From: Klebsiella phage KPP2018
Sequence record: NC_110934.1
Strand: one strand, 5' to 3'
Length of the DNA: 64,000 nucleotides
Position 1 is the stretch's first letter, and every line of letters begins with the position of its first letter. This document shows, in pieces, positions 43,178 through 53,244 of this stretch. The notes below the pieces were generated by a model. It saw only the letters and a list, made by a program, of their open reading frames with translations. It made no database searches and had not been told where the DNA came from. Position numbers and translations under genes: made by a program.

Positions 43178-43710
43178 TAATAAGTAACCAATTCCTGTAC
43201 AAATCGCAGGCTGTTATCACTGTTTGCGCCGGTTGCGTAAACTAAACGAGTAGATTCATAGTTGTAATCTAGAATCGTATTATCCAGATGTACATCTGCC
43301 TCTAGTTTTTGATCACTAAAGATTGTGGATACGAAAGCACTTTCAATATGACCATGAATATACATTTCGTACAGTAATGTTGCGCCACCTAAAACCACTG
43401 TCTGTTGATCTTTTAAGAATGTAGGTAATGTATCCCCAATCTTTGAAATTGGGGTATAGATACCATGTTTAATATCATCAGGCAGAGGACGATCTGCACG
43501 AATAAAGAGGTCAGATTCTCCAATCATACGTTGCCGAACAACTTCTGGAAGTGCTAAATAAGTACCAGCACCAATGATGATGTTATCTGGATTCAACATG
43601 TCCAGTTGAGAATAGAAAGCATCTAGTTCTTCTTTGAAGGAACCCCATGGAAGTTTACCACGGAGGCCGAACTCCCCATTCGGCCCAACTGCATACATTG
43701 CTGTAATCAT
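43177..43710 (-). CDS. folA: dihydrofolate reductase
   Basis: [11 protein letters not shown] and [10 protein letters not shown] motifs; adjacent to thyA as in T-phages. Confidence 0.7.
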   Translation of the reverse strand: MITAMYAVGPNGEFGLRGKLPWGSFKEELDAFYSQLDMLNPDNIIIGAGTYLALPEVVRQRMIGESDLFIRADRPLPDDIKHGIYTPISKIGDTLPTFLKDQQTVVLGGATLLYEMYIHGHIESAFVSTIFSDQKLEADVHLDNTILDYNYESTRLVYATGANSDNSLRFVQELVTY

Positions 43711-44852
43711 AAGAAATCTCCAAATTCATTACCCAGATCTTTCAGAGTATCAGTAGAGGTCTCAGTTACCTGACCTACACGATATGCTGCACCAATCTGG
43801 ATTTCTTGTGGAGCAGGCTGTAGAGAAGTAGTATCCAACCAGTTCATGATCCATGGAATGGGGTTCTTGGTGATTACCGGCAGATTACTTGGCCATTCTA
43901 CACCGATGTGCATAAATGCATTACGTCCCACAAAGTACAAATACTCTTCTAGAAGTTCTGCGTTCAAACCAATCAGGCTACGACCTTTGAAAATGAAATG
44001 ACCCCATTCAATTTCAGTTTTCAGAGTTTTCAGGAGCTGTGCTGGTGCTTTAGCCACTGCTTCATCCACCAGGTCTTTGTCAAACTGCTGGAACATAATC
44101 TGGATGATTGCTTTGGACATCTGAGTGTGCAGAGCTTCATCTTTAGCGATTAATTGCAGATTTTTAGCAATACCTTGCAGAATATCGTTCTCTGCTAATG
44201 CAAAGGTACATGCAAAGGATGCGTAAAACTGCATTGCTTCCAGACCATAGATCGCAAAGTAAGCGTCTAATAGTTTAGCCTGAGTTTCACGTTTAACTTC
44301 AGGGAACTCAGTTTCTGGGTATGTATTGTCGCCACGATGATCGCGTACTGCAATGAAATACTGACCTAACTGGTACAGTTCATCGAATAGTTCAACAGAA
44401 TCAGCGATGCGTGCGAATGCTTCTTGGTTTTTGGTTACAGAATCAATAAATTCTGCTGGATCAGTTAACACATTACGAATAATATTGCTATAAGCACGAC
44501 TATGCAGATCTTCAAAATAGCTCCACTGCTTGAGCATACCTTCCAATTCTGGACGACTTACAAGCGGCATAATAGCTGCTTCAGGAGCGCGACTGATAAA
44601 GGAATCAGTTTGAGTCTGCCATGCTAAGTTCAGGAGTGTAATTTCCTGAATTTCACGCGGGAGATTAGGCCATTGTTTCTTATCTGCTTCCAGACTGATT
44701 TCAGTTTCAGTCCAAAATTGAGAGCGTTGCAGAAGTGCCAGACGTTCTAGTTCTGGATGTGCTACACGTACATAATCTGCGATACCGAGAGAATCTCCCA
44801 GGAAAAGGTCAGCGTTAGTATGATCCCAATTCAGGTTTAGTAAAGTAGTCAT
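43707..44852 (-). CDS. nrdB: ribonucleotide reductase class Ia beta subunit
   Basis: 381 aa, ferritin-like di-iron/tyrosyl-radical protein; own TTGCTA-18-TATAAT promoter at 44883-44912. Confidence 0.85.
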   Translation of the reverse strand: MTTLLNLNWDHTNADLFLGDSLGIADYVRVAHPELERLALLQRSQFWTETEISLEADKKQWPNLPREIQEITLLNLAWQTQTDSFISRAPEAAIMPLVSRPELEGMLKQWSYFEDLHSRAYSNIIRNVLTDPAEFIDSVTKNQEAFARIADSVELFDELYQLGQYFIAVRDHRGDNTYPETEFPEVKRETQAKLLDAYFAIYGLEAMQFYASFACTFALAENDILQGIAKNLQLIAKDEALHTQMSKAIIQIMFQQFDKDLVDEAVAKAPAQLLKTLKTEIEWGHFIFKGRSLIGLNAELLEEYLYFVGRNAFMHIGVEWPSNLPVITKNPIPWIMNWLDTTSLQPAPQEIQIGAAYRVGQVTETSTDTLKDLGNEFGDFL

Positions 44853-44920
44853 TGATTTTCCTCTTTCTCACTATTTCAGGAATATTATAGCAAATCTGGT
44901 AGCGATTAGCAAGTAAAATT

Positions 44921-44950
44921 TCAAAGAAAAAGGAGACCCGAAGATCTCCT
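44921..44950. terminator. Bidirectional hairpin terminator between nrdA and nrdB (AAGGAGACCCGAAGAUCUCCUU + U-tract)
   Basis: Palindromic GC-containing stem flanked by A-tract/T-tract. Confidence 0.6.
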
Positions 44951-44958
44951 TGTTTTTA

Positions 44959-47394
44959 TTAAATAGTACAACCACCGGATGCACAACCGGCTGCTTCTTC
45001 TCCAGCACCTCCACCATTTGCGGTATTGAAGTTAGCATAATACCAAGTTTTCCACCCATACTTAACAGCAGTCATGAAATCACGAACTACTACTGGGCCA
45101 GGAATGATTTCATTCTCAAACTTGGTGTAGTCATAGTACATATTCGTACTGATAGACTGACTGAAGAATTTCTGCATAGTTGCTACCCACTTGATCCACT
45201 CGATACGATCTACATCATAAGCCAGTTTATAGCTCATTAACGTTTCCCAATCGGTTGCACCTGGAGCAATTGCAATTACTTTATTAACTGCACTACCCTT
45301 GATAGATACAATCTTACGAGGTGGTTCGATAGAGTTAGTAACACCTAACAGAACAGAAGAACTTTCTCCCGGCATCTGAGCAGTCAGAACAGAGTTACGC
45401 ATACCATATTTCAGAATATCTGCACGTAGAGACTCCCAATCCATTTCTAGACCTACGGATACCAGTTCATCAACAGTTTTCTTGTACGTGTCGATTACCA
45501 GAATTCCTTTAGATGGTTTAGTACGATCAAACCACTCACATGCGCCCTGTTCTTTAGCTAGGCGTACAGAGGCTTTATGCAGGAAGTAAGACAGTTTTTC
45601 AGCCTCACGGTGAATCCAGTTACGAGCTTCAATACCTTCATAAGCCAGACCTTCTGCTGCCATTGCACCTGCTGCGTTCATCAGGCCAATACCCACATTA
45701 CGACGTTTCTTAGCCGTATATTCCATAGTTGGGAACGGATAATCCTGAATTTCAATAATTGTATCAACGAATTTCAGGAGGATGTAGCAAGTTTTTTCCC
45801 ACTCGGCCAGAGATTCCATGCGTCCAAGTACAACACCACCTAAGTTACACAGAGATACTTCACCAATATCCTCCGGCTTCATTTGATCAAGTTGTTCTTT
45901 TGTCTTATACAGTTCCGTGATATGATGGAATGGGCGTGTAGGCTGAGTAATTTCAACACAAAGGTTTGTCATACGGATCGGATCAAGGAAGTTACCGTGA
46001 CGATTAGATTCCCCGATGTGATGAGCATACATACGTCCTGTTTCCATTCGGATACGTAGCCAAGTATCTAGGATTTCTTTTGCAGAGACTTTAGGGGCTG
46101 CAGGAACTGTTTTTCCTTCGTGGTCGATCTTTGTAAGAGATGCCACACGTTTCTCCGCTGCCACGTAGATTTCTTCAAATTTAGCCTCGTCATCACTATA
46201 AAACGCTTCATGAACTTCTGGAGCATAGAAGTATGACATTAGCGTAATATCTTCGTTTTTAAGATAACGTTTTAACAAAAGATTGTTAAAGCTCAGAGAA
46301 TAATCCATCTTATCGATTTTATTCTCATCTGTAGCACGTTGTTGCTTAACCTGCATCAATTGAATGATTTCAGGGTCGAAGTATGGATAAGACACTGTAG
46401 CAGAACCACCACGAGTTTGCTGAGTATTGGCCTTTACTGAGCGGTCAATGTGTCGATAATATGGCAGTTTTCCGGAATGCGGGAATGCCCCATTTCGCAC
46501 CGGATCAGCAATTGATCGGCTTTCAAGATGATACCCGATTCCCGCTCTGGCTGCGACCATTTTGAAGACGATGTGCTCGGCGGTGTCGATTGAATCCAGC
46601 GTGTCAGTGGAATCCACGAGGCAGCAACTAGCAAATCCACGGTCACTAGAGCGCAGACCAACCAGTGGCGGCGTAGGAACGTTGATTTTGTGGAGCGACA
46701 TTGCGTTGTAGAGATCGATTGCATCTAAAATTGTCCAGTTAGGTTGAGATAGCATCGCCATTGCCATACCCATGTAGGCAAACTGCGGAGTTTCATAAAT
46801 TTCACCAGTGGCTATGTTACGACGGGAATACTTATCAAAGAACTGCTTCAGCCCACCACTAGTAAAAAGACGGTCACGATCATGGTCGATAACCTGATTC
46901 AGAGCTTCAAATTGCTCATCGGTAATCCATGCACTCATGTCTTCCCATGCACCTACGCTAACCATGTGGTCATGGAAGAAGCGTAGAGAAGGTGGTTCGA
47001 AGGAATCATAAAGGCGTTTACGCATTTGCGCAAGACGTAATTCCTTTGCTGGCACATCATATGCTGGATTATCTTTAATAAGACTTTCAGCAGCTTTAAT
47101 TAATGCATCCATCAGAGTGTCGGAATCTACAACCCCTTTAGGCAGAGTTTTTTGAGCAGTCATAGTAATGGCTGACCAACTTACATCAACTGTTTTGCAA
47201 CCATACTCTGCCCAACCATTGATTTTTTCAGGAGCAAAATCTTCTACAGTACCGTCACGTTTAATTACTTTTTCAATGCGATGGCTCATTTGGCTTTCCT
47301 TTTTATAGTTATCAGGATTTAAGGAATATTCTACTTTATTATCGGTCATTAGGCAAATAAAATTTTCTGATAGAAAAGGCCCGAGTATTTTCAT
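44959..47394 (-). CDS. nrdA: ribonucleotide reductase class Ia alpha subunit
   Basis: 811 aa, N-terminal ATP-cone (KRDGTVEDFAPEKI), catalytic core, C-terminal Cys pair. Confidence 0.9.
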   Translation of the reverse strand: MKILGPFLSENFICLMTDNKVEYSLNPDNYKKESQMSHRIEKVIKRDGTVEDFAPEKINGWAEYGCKTVDVSWSAITMTAQKTLPKGVVDSDTLMDALIKAAESLIKDNPAYDVPAKELRLAQMRKRLYDSFEPPSLRFFHDHMVSVGAWEDMSAWITDEQFEALNQVIDHDRDRLFTSGGLKQFFDKYSRRNIATGEIYETPQFAYMGMAMAMLSQPNWTILDAIDLYNAMSLHKINVPTPPLVGLRSSDRGFASCCLVDSTDTLDSIDTAEHIVFKMVAARAGIGYHLESRSIADPVRNGAFPHSGKLPYYRHIDRSVKANTQQTRGGSATVSYPYFDPEIIQLMQVKQQRATDENKIDKMDYSLSFNNLLLKRYLKNEDITLMSYFYAPEVHEAFYSDDEAKFEEIYVAAEKRVASLTKIDHEGKTVPAAPKVSAKEILDTWLRIRMETGRMYAHHIGESNRHGNFLDPIRMTNLCVEITQPTRPFHHITELYKTKEQLDQMKPEDIGEVSLCNLGGVVLGRMESLAEWEKTCYILLKFVDTIIEIQDYPFPTMEYTAKKRRNVGIGLMNAAGAMAAEGLAYEGIEARNWIHREAEKLSYFLHKASVRLAKEQGACEWFDRTKPSKGILVIDTYKKTVDELVSVGLEMDWESLRADILKYGMRNSVLTAQMPGESSSVLLGVTNSIEPPRKIVSIKGSAVNKVIAIAPGATDWETLMSYKLAYDVDRIEWIKWVATMQKFFSQSISTNMYYDYTKFENEIIPGPVVVRDFMTAVKYGWKTWYYANFNTANGGGAGEEAAGCASGGCTI

Positions 47395-47431
47395 ACCCAG
47401 GCCCTGTATATTACCAGTCTAGCTTTTTAGC

Positions 47432-47722
47432 TTATTCAATTACTTTAGCTCTAGCTACTTCTTTTAATAGAATATCTATGGAGGTGCTCAGCTCGTTATA
47501 ATTGAATGGTTTATTTGGATTTGAGGTTACAATTTTCCACGCTAGGGTTGTCTTAGGACTTTCTTCCCCTTCCTTACGTGTAATCATATTAGCAGCACTC
47601 AGTGAAGTACGATGTATTTTAGTTTTACGGCTCAGATGAACGACGTTTCCCATATTACACCTTCCCCATGTCTTTAAAAATATCATAGAATGCTTTAGAC
47701 TCAACAGAACGAACGTTATCAA
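47432..47722 (-). CDS. hypothetical protein (96 aa)
   Basis: ORF track. Confidence 0.45.
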   Translation of the reverse strand: MITFVLLSLKHSMIFLKTWGRCNMGNVVHLSRKTKIHRTSLSAANMITRKEGEESPKTTLAWKIVTSNPNKPFNYNELSTSIDILLKEVARAKVIE

Positions 47723-48416
47723 TCAATTCGATCATTGAGAATGGGGCATTTTCGTATTTCTCATAGACTTCCATAAGGAGTGCTAGACCTGAGTCACCTT
47801 TAATGTCTTTCTGAGCTATATCTCCGCAGATAATTAAACGGCAGTCTTGTCCTACACGAGTTAGGAGACAAATCATTGCCTCAACGGAAATATTCTGAGC
47901 TTCATCGACAATTACATAGGAGTTGTTGAAAGTTCTGCCACGAGCATGTTCGATAGCCAAAAATTTAATTTTCTGACGTTCGACATATCCTTTATATGCA
48001 TGATCGCCGATGGCCCATTTCATACCATCAGCTATTGGCTCCAACCAAGGTTCTAGCTTTTCCGCTAGATCACCAGGAAGCATACCAAGAGACTTACCTA
48101 GAGGTTCATTAGGACGTACGAGAATCACTTGCTCAATATCTGAGTGAATGTCTACGAGTTCCTGAGCTGCAAGAACGGACGGAATAAAGGTTTTACCAGT
48201 ACCTGGCTCACCAATACCCACAGTCACTGTGTTGTTCTTGATCATATTGATGTATGATTTTTGCTCGCGGTTTTTACCTACTAGGGATTTAGCAACTGGG
48301 TTAGCGTAATCATTAGAAAAATCAGCCTGAATTACGTTATTCTCATACTTGTTGCCACGCTTTCTTGAACCATTGCGGTTCTCTCTTTTTTGACGTGCTT
48401 TTCCCATAAATAACAC
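47655..48416 (-). CDS. phoH: PhoH-like ATPase
   Basis: Walker A GEPGTGKTF, Walker B IVDEAQN. Confidence 0.85.
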   Translation of the reverse strand: MLFMGKARQKRENRNGSRKRGNKYENNVIQADFSNDYANPVAKSLVGKNREQKSYINMIKNNTVTVGIGEPGTGKTFIPSVLAAQELVDIHSDIEQVILVRPNEPLGKSLGMLPGDLAEKLEPWLEPIADGMKWAIGDHAYKGYVERQKIKFLAIEHARGRTFNNSYVIVDEAQNISVEAMICLLTRVGQDCRLIICGDIAQKDIKGDSGLALLMEVYEKYENAPFSMIELIDNVRSVESKAFYDIFKDMGKV

Positions 48417-48701
48417 TCCTATAGTGTACTTCGCTAACAGAGGATCAACAAAAAGATCTTGTTTATCAACTTACAAATATATTATACCAATATATACAGT
48501 AAAAAGCAACTACAATTTTAAATAAGCCTATGATATTGCATTTAAATAAAAAATTTGCTTGCTTTTAACGTGAGATGTGTGATACTAGATAATCATTTTA
48601 TATCGCGTGCACGAGTGCGTGATTATACAATTTTTAATAGAGATTGGCAAATAAAATTTTTTGACTCAGATCATGTTACAGAACTTTATAGTAAAATATT
48701 G

Positions 48702-48730
48702 TTGACATCCGCCCTCGAATGAGTTATAAT
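48702..48730 (+). promoter_or_regulatory. Perfect-consensus sigma70 promoter (TTGACA-17-TATAAT) upstream of nrdD
   Basis: gTTGACAtccgccctcgaatgagtTATAATag; a second weaker TTGACT..TATAGT promoter 40 bp upstream. Confidence 0.7.
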
Positions 48731-48759
48731 AGTAGTCTTAGTTAGAGAAGGAGAGTATA

Positions 48760-50634
48760 ATGAATCGCAATGAAGAACTAAAGTATAAAGAAATGCAGGC
48801 GTTAATTAGAAACTGCAAAGAGATTATCGAAGGGTCAGCAGATGAAGAGCTGCTGTTTAATAATGCTAATAAACCCTCAGAACGTTTCCCTACACAAAGG
48901 GATATGCTTGCAGGTGAATTGAGTAAGTATCTGATTCTAGAAGAAATGCCAATTCAGATTCGAAATGCTCATATGATTGGGGATATTCATTTCCATGATG
49001 CTGATTATGCTGCATTAGGCATGACTAATTGTTGTCTGGTAGCTCTGGAAGATATGTTGAAGAATGGTATGAAGGTTGGTAATGCTGAAATTAGCACTCC
49101 AAACTCTATCACTACTGCGGCGGCTATTACTGCTCAGATTATCACTCAGGTTAGCTCCCATCAGTATGGTGGTACTTCTGTAGATCGCCTTGATGAAGTA
49201 TTAGCCCCTTATGTTCGTAAATCCTATGACAAAAATCATGCGTTTGCAAAACGTTGGACTAAGGATGAAGCCAAAGCATCCGTAATGGCTACGGAGATGA
49301 CTGAAAAAGAAGTCTATGATGCCTGTCAAGGTCTGGAGTATGAAATCAATACGATGTTCAACTCTAATGGTCAGAGTCCATTTATTACCTTTGGTTTTGG
49401 TCTAGGAACTTCTTGGGAAGCACGTCTAGTACAGAAAGCAATACTGAAAGTACGCATGGATGGTTTAGGTATCAATAAACGTACAGCTATCTTCCCGAAA
49501 CTGGTATTTGTACTTCGTGATGGTGTTAATATGAAACCAGGAGATGTTAATTATGACATCAAGAAGTTAGCTATGAAATGTACTGCTGAACGTATGTATC
49601 CAGACTATATCAGCTATGATAAGGTTGTGGAAGTTACTGGGGACTACAAAGTTTCTATGGGCTGCCGTTCATTCTTAGCTGCTACAGAAGATGGTGAAAC
49701 TGCCGGTCGTAATAACTTAGGTGTTGTTTCTGTAAACTTGCCTAGAATTGCTATCGAAGCTGAAGGAAATATTGACCTATTCTTTGATTTGCTTGAGCTA
49801 CGTGTAGATACAGCATTAAAAGCGTTGGAGTGGAGAGTTGATCGCTTAAAATACATTCAAGCTAAAGCTGCGCCCATCCTCTATATGTCAGGAGCCTTTG
49901 GGTTACGCTTGGAGCCTGATGAATACGTATTCGATCATTTCTATAACCGTGCTTCTGTATCTCTAGGGTATATTGGTTGCCATGAAATGCTACAGTTCAT
50001 GTTTGGCAAAGATGTAGACACAATGTCCGAGACCTGCATCAAGTTTGTTCAGCGTGTATTGCAGTACATGCGGGATAGAGTCGATCAGAAGAAGGAAGAA
50101 ACTAAGTTAGGTTATAGCCTGTATGCTACACCATCAGAATCCCTATGTGACCGTTTTTGTCGTCTAGACCGTGAATATTTCCCGGAACATGAAGATATTC
50201 TGTCCAAAGGATACTACACTAACTCTCACCACCTTGATGTAGAACGTAAAGTTGCTCCCAATGTGAAATTTGATTATGAATCTAACTTTACTCCGATTGC
50301 TTCTGGTGGGTGCATTTCCTATGTAGAACTACCGGATATGAAACGATTCCCAGATGCACTGGAATGGGTTATTAATTATGCTGCTAGTAAGGTTCATTAC
50401 TTCGGTATTAATACCCCAGTGGATTCTTGTGGTAAATGTGGATTCTTAGGTGAAACAATAGCATCCGAAGATGGATTTAAGTGCCCTATCTGTGGTAATC
50501 ATGACCCCGAAACTCTTGAAGTAACTCGTCGAGTTTGTGGGTATCTTGGAAATCCGGGTGCTCGTCCATTTAACCCAGGCAAACAGCACGAGGTGATGGG
50601 CAGAGTGAAACATCAGGATATTCGAGCTAAATAA
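48760..50634 (+). CDS. nrdD: anaerobic (class III) ribonucleotide reductase
   Basis: 624 aa; C-terminal Zn-ribbon CGKCG..CPICG and glycyl-radical motif RVCGYLG. Confidence 0.9.
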   Translation: MNRNEELKYKEMQALIRNCKEIIEGSADEELLFNNANKPSERFPTQRDMLAGELSKYLILEEMPIQIRNAHMIGDIHFHDADYAALGMTNCCLVALEDMLKNGMKVGNAEISTPNSITTAAAITAQIITQVSSHQYGGTSVDRLDEVLAPYVRKSYDKNHAFAKRWTKDEAKASVMATEMTEKEVYDACQGLEYEINTMFNSNGQSPFITFGFGLGTSWEARLVQKAILKVRMDGLGINKRTAIFPKLVFVLRDGVNMKPGDVNYDIKKLAMKCTAERMYPDYISYDKVVEVTGDYKVSMGCRSFLAATEDGETAGRNNLGVVSVNLPRIAIEAEGNIDLFFDLLELRVDTALKALEWRVDRLKYIQAKAAPILYMSGAFGLRLEPDEYVFDHFYNRASVSLGYIGCHEMLQFMFGKDVDTMSETCIKFVQRVLQYMRDRVDQKKEETKLGYSLYATPSESLCDRFCRLDREYFPEHEDILSKGYYTNSHHLDVERKVAPNVKFDYESNFTPIASGGCISYVELPDMKRFPDALEWVINYAASKVHYFGINTPVDSCGKCGFLGETIASEDGFKCPICGNHDPETLEVTRRVCGYLGNPGARPFNPGKQHEVMGRVKHQDIRAK

Positions 50635-50640
50635 GCTAAT

Positions 50641-50680
50641 CAGCCGGGTTGCTAGTCGACCTGGCTTTTATTTTATTTGC
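50641..50680 (+). terminator. Intrinsic terminator after nrdD
   Basis: cagccgggttgctagtcgacctggcttttattttatttg: GC stem + U-tract. Confidence 0.55.
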
Positions 50681-50733
50681 TTTCAGCCAAAAATTTATAT
50701 ATAATAGATTTATAAATTTGAGAGGAGAAAGAT
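50677..50733 (+). promoter_or_regulatory. T5-type early promoter (TTGCTT-17-TATAAT) + conserved leader ATAGATTTATAAATTTGAGAGGAGAAAGAT
   Basis: Plus-strand member of the conserved promoter/leader family. Confidence 0.7.
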
Positions 50734-51114
50734 ATGGAATTAAAGCCCTATATAGTTGAATCTACATGTGGTAGTTTCCATCTGGGTGTGGATGATATTG
50801 CTGAGGCTGTCTTTGCTGCTACAGGTGATTACTCGCATATAGAGGGTGTTGCATACCCTACCATTATTGGCGATTGGGTGGGAACAAATCTAGATGTATC
50901 ACCTTATAACCCATATTGCTTGTTTGATGAAGACAGAGATGAAGTAAAATGTAATCTTGAATTTGTGTATAATAGAGTGTTAAAAGTGTACCAACGTAGC
51001 CCCAATGGGTACGAAGATATTACTTGGAGTATTAAACAGTATCTTAAAGATATATACTCTAGTTTTTCTGACGAAGACCTAGAAACAGTTGCAGTGGAGT
51101 TTAATAATGACTAA
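50734..51114 (+). CDS. hypothetical protein (126 aa)
   Basis: ORF track. Confidence 0.55.
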   Translation: MELKPYIVESTCGSFHLGVDDIAEAVFAATGDYSHIEGVAYPTIIGDWVGTNLDVSPYNPYCLFDEDRDEVKCNLEFVYNRVLKVYQRSPNGYEDITWSIKQYLKDIYSSFSDEDLETVAVEFNND

Positions 51115-51313
51115 GAATGTGAAACACCTTAAATATCGCTTAATTTACAACGGACGTATGGAAACAGAAGATCTGGCCCAATTAGCTATTAATTCTAATG
51201 AGGTTACTGTGCGTGCACTGGCAATTGAAAAGTTGCGTGCCTCTTATGAAAATCGTGTTATGGAATTAGAGGAGAAACTTTATGGCATTCTCGAAGCCGA
51301 TGCTACCAGATAA
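51089..51313 (+). CDS. hypothetical protein (74 aa)
   Basis: ORF track. Confidence 0.45.
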   Translation: MQWSLIMTKNVKHLKYRLIYNGRMETEDLAQLAINSNEVTVRALAIEKLRASYENRVMELEEKLYGILEADATR

Positions 51314-51503
51314 GGGTTTAAACGCCGCTTTGGAAAACGCATTAATGCAGCACTGGGAAACTGGCTATAGGGATGGTGTTGAATCTTGCGCTACTATGCT
51401 AGAAGTTATTGCTAATACCTTAATGGAGAAAGGTAATAAAGAATTAGCTGAGCTGTTAGATAGTATTGTGCAAAACTTTAGAGAACAGGTGAAAAATGCG
51501 TAG
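51282..51503 (+). CDS. hypothetical protein (73 aa)
   Basis: ORF track. Confidence 0.45.
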   Translation: MAFSKPMLPDKGLNAALENALMQHWETGYRDGVESCATMLEVIANTLMEKGNKELAELLDSIVQNFREQVKNA

Positions 51504-52311
51504 ATTAATTATTATTAGCGGTGCAGGTTTGAGTGTTGAAAGTGGTGTACGAGCTTTTCGTACTGATACTGCTAGTGGTAAAGCATTGTGGGATGATTAT
51601 GATCTAGAAGAAGTATGTAATATTCATGCCTTTCGTGGTAATTTTTATCATAAAACCCATATGTTTTACAACAAGCGTCGTGAAGAGCTAAAAACTGTTG
51701 AACCCAATCTTGCGCATTTGCGTATTGGTGAATGGTATAAACAATATCCAGGTCAAATAGTAAACTTGACTACCAATGTTGATGACCTTATTGAGCGTGC
51801 TGGCGTTCCACATAGTGACATTCTGCACATTCACGGATATTTAAAAGAGGTTGTTGTAGCTGATAGCTACAATAGTAGCAATAAACGGATTATTGATGTA
51901 GGATACAATTCTATTGATCCAGATGATTATAAATGGGTTAAACCTAATGTAATCTTCTTTGGAGAGCATGCTCCAGCATATGCGGAGATGTACAATGTTT
52001 TTGATGGTATTACCAGTCAAGATATGATCATTGTGGTTGGTTGCTCTAACCAAGTAATTAACTTCTACTGGGAATTATTTCCTGTTCTTAATTTGACTGC
52101 TGCCAAGCTAATGGTTGTTAACTACTATGATAGTGCCCTAGCGGTGGAACCGGGCTATCAAGGTATGACTCGTAGTGAGATGTACCAGCTGGAAGAACGC
52201 GGTATCCCTTACTGGAGTAAAGGTGCGGTAGATGCTTTCAGTGATCCTGATTTTATTGCTCGTGTAGAAGCTCATTTAGGGGGTAGACCTTATGTATCAG
52301 GAAATAAGTAA
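51496..52311 (+). CDS. Sir2-family (sirtuin-like) NAD-dependent protein
   Basis: N-terminal GAGLSVESGVRAFR (cf. sirtuin GAGIS(A/T)ESGI(P/R)(T/D)FR), ..HG.. and VVGCS (small-domain) motifs. Confidence 0.7.
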   Translation: MRRLIIISGAGLSVESGVRAFRTDTASGKALWDDYDLEEVCNIHAFRGNFYHKTHMFYNKRREELKTVEPNLAHLRIGEWYKQYPGQIVNLTTNVDDLIERAGVPHSDILHIHGYLKEVVVADSYNSSNKRIIDVGYNSIDPDDYKWVKPNVIFFGEHAPAYAEMYNVFDGITSQDMIIVVGCSNQVINFYWELFPVLNLTAAKLMVVNYYDSALAVEPGYQGMTRSEMYQLEERGIPYWSKGAVDAFSDPDFIARVEAHLGGRPYVSGNK

Positions 52312-52804
52312 TACTCCAATTATTTTTCTAGACATTGATGGGGTGCTCAATTCGAGCATCTCCCACCATCATGCACCCGATGATGAAAAGATTTTCTTTG
52401 GAAGTGACTGGGTTTTCAAACCGCTTCTCAAAGCTTTTCAGGACTTTATTCGCCCTTCTCCGATAATGATTGTTGGAGTATCATCTTGGTTCTCTGTTAG
52501 AAATGAGATGGAGAACGTTCAGATTATGACCGGATTAGGTCTTATCGATCGCTTTCTTGGTACAACGGATTTTACTGGGGGTGGATTATCTAGGGGTAAT
52601 TCTGTTCTTCGCTTCGTTGAAAAGCATAGGCTCAAACATTGGTGTGTGCTTGATGATGCGGGTGCTATGATGTATCAGTATCCAACGGTTATAGTCAACG
52701 GTAGGACTGGGATAAATCTTCAAGATTTAAAAGCTGTTAGCTATATGCTAGAATTTAGCCCAGATCTTGAAATGTGTAAGTCCTTACAACAATTTAAGGT
52801 GTAA
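52292..52804 (+). CDS. HAD-superfamily phosphatase-like protein
   Basis: Motif I IIFLDIDGVLN; 20-nt overlap with Sir2 gene. Confidence 0.55.
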   Translation: MYQEISNTPIIFLDIDGVLNSSISHHHAPDDEKIFFGSDWVFKPLLKAFQDFIRPSPIMIVGVSSWFSVRNEMENVQIMTGLGLIDRFLGTTDFTGGGLSRGNSVLRFVEKHRLKHWCVLDDAGAMMYQYPTVIVNGRTGINLQDLKAVSYMLEFSPDLEMCKSLQQFKV

Positions 52805-52806
52805 AT

Positions 52807-53235
52807 ATGTTTAATAATGTATTCTCTAAAGAAGCTAACCCAATTTTGGTTAACTTTTGGCGTACTCTCCCAGCTAGCCTGTATAATGAGGCTATTAACT
52901 CTTTGAAAATATGGTGTGAGAATAACGAAATCTCCTTTGCTTTTAAAGATGATATTGATGAGGCTCCCTGTATTGGTTTAATTGTTCAGGTAGAGGATGG
53001 TCTTGAAGAGATTGTGGGCTGGAAAGAGTTAGACGAAATGGGCTTAGTTTTTGCGTTAAACTATAAGCTGTTTATGCCTGCTAAGCATCGCCTCGTTGTT
53101 AACTATAAAACTAGTGAATCTCCTGGTTTTCAGGTTAATGAACGTTATGGTTGGTCTTACTCACCGGAAGAAGTAAATGAGGGGATTCAGAAACTTCGAC
53201 GTTTCGGGTATATGATCCCAGGTTTAACTGCCTAA
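52807..53235 (+). CDS. hypothetical protein (142 aa), paralog A
   Basis: Shares DEAPCIGLIV..W.ELDEMGLVFALNYKLF.P..GYMIPGL with the next ORF. Confidence 0.55.
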   Translation: MFNNVFSKEANPILVNFWRTLPASLYNEAINSLKIWCENNEISFAFKDDIDEAPCIGLIVQVEDGLEEIVGWKELDEMGLVFALNYKLFMPAKHRLVVNYKTSESPGFQVNERYGWSYSPEEVNEGIQKLRRFGYMIPGLTA

Positions 53236-53244
53236 GGGGGTATA

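Noticed and set aside
44959-47394. Intein or homing-endonuclease insertion in nrdA (811 aa is longer than E. coli NrdA)
   Set aside because: No obvious inserted block with an HNH or LAGLIDADG signature is visible by eye. The length difference could be ordinary divergence. Cannot verify without alignment.
50734-51503. NrdG activase among the three small ORFs downstream of nrdD
   Set aside because: None has the CxxxCxxC radical-SAM motif or appropriate length (126, 74 and 73 aa, with no Cys clusters).
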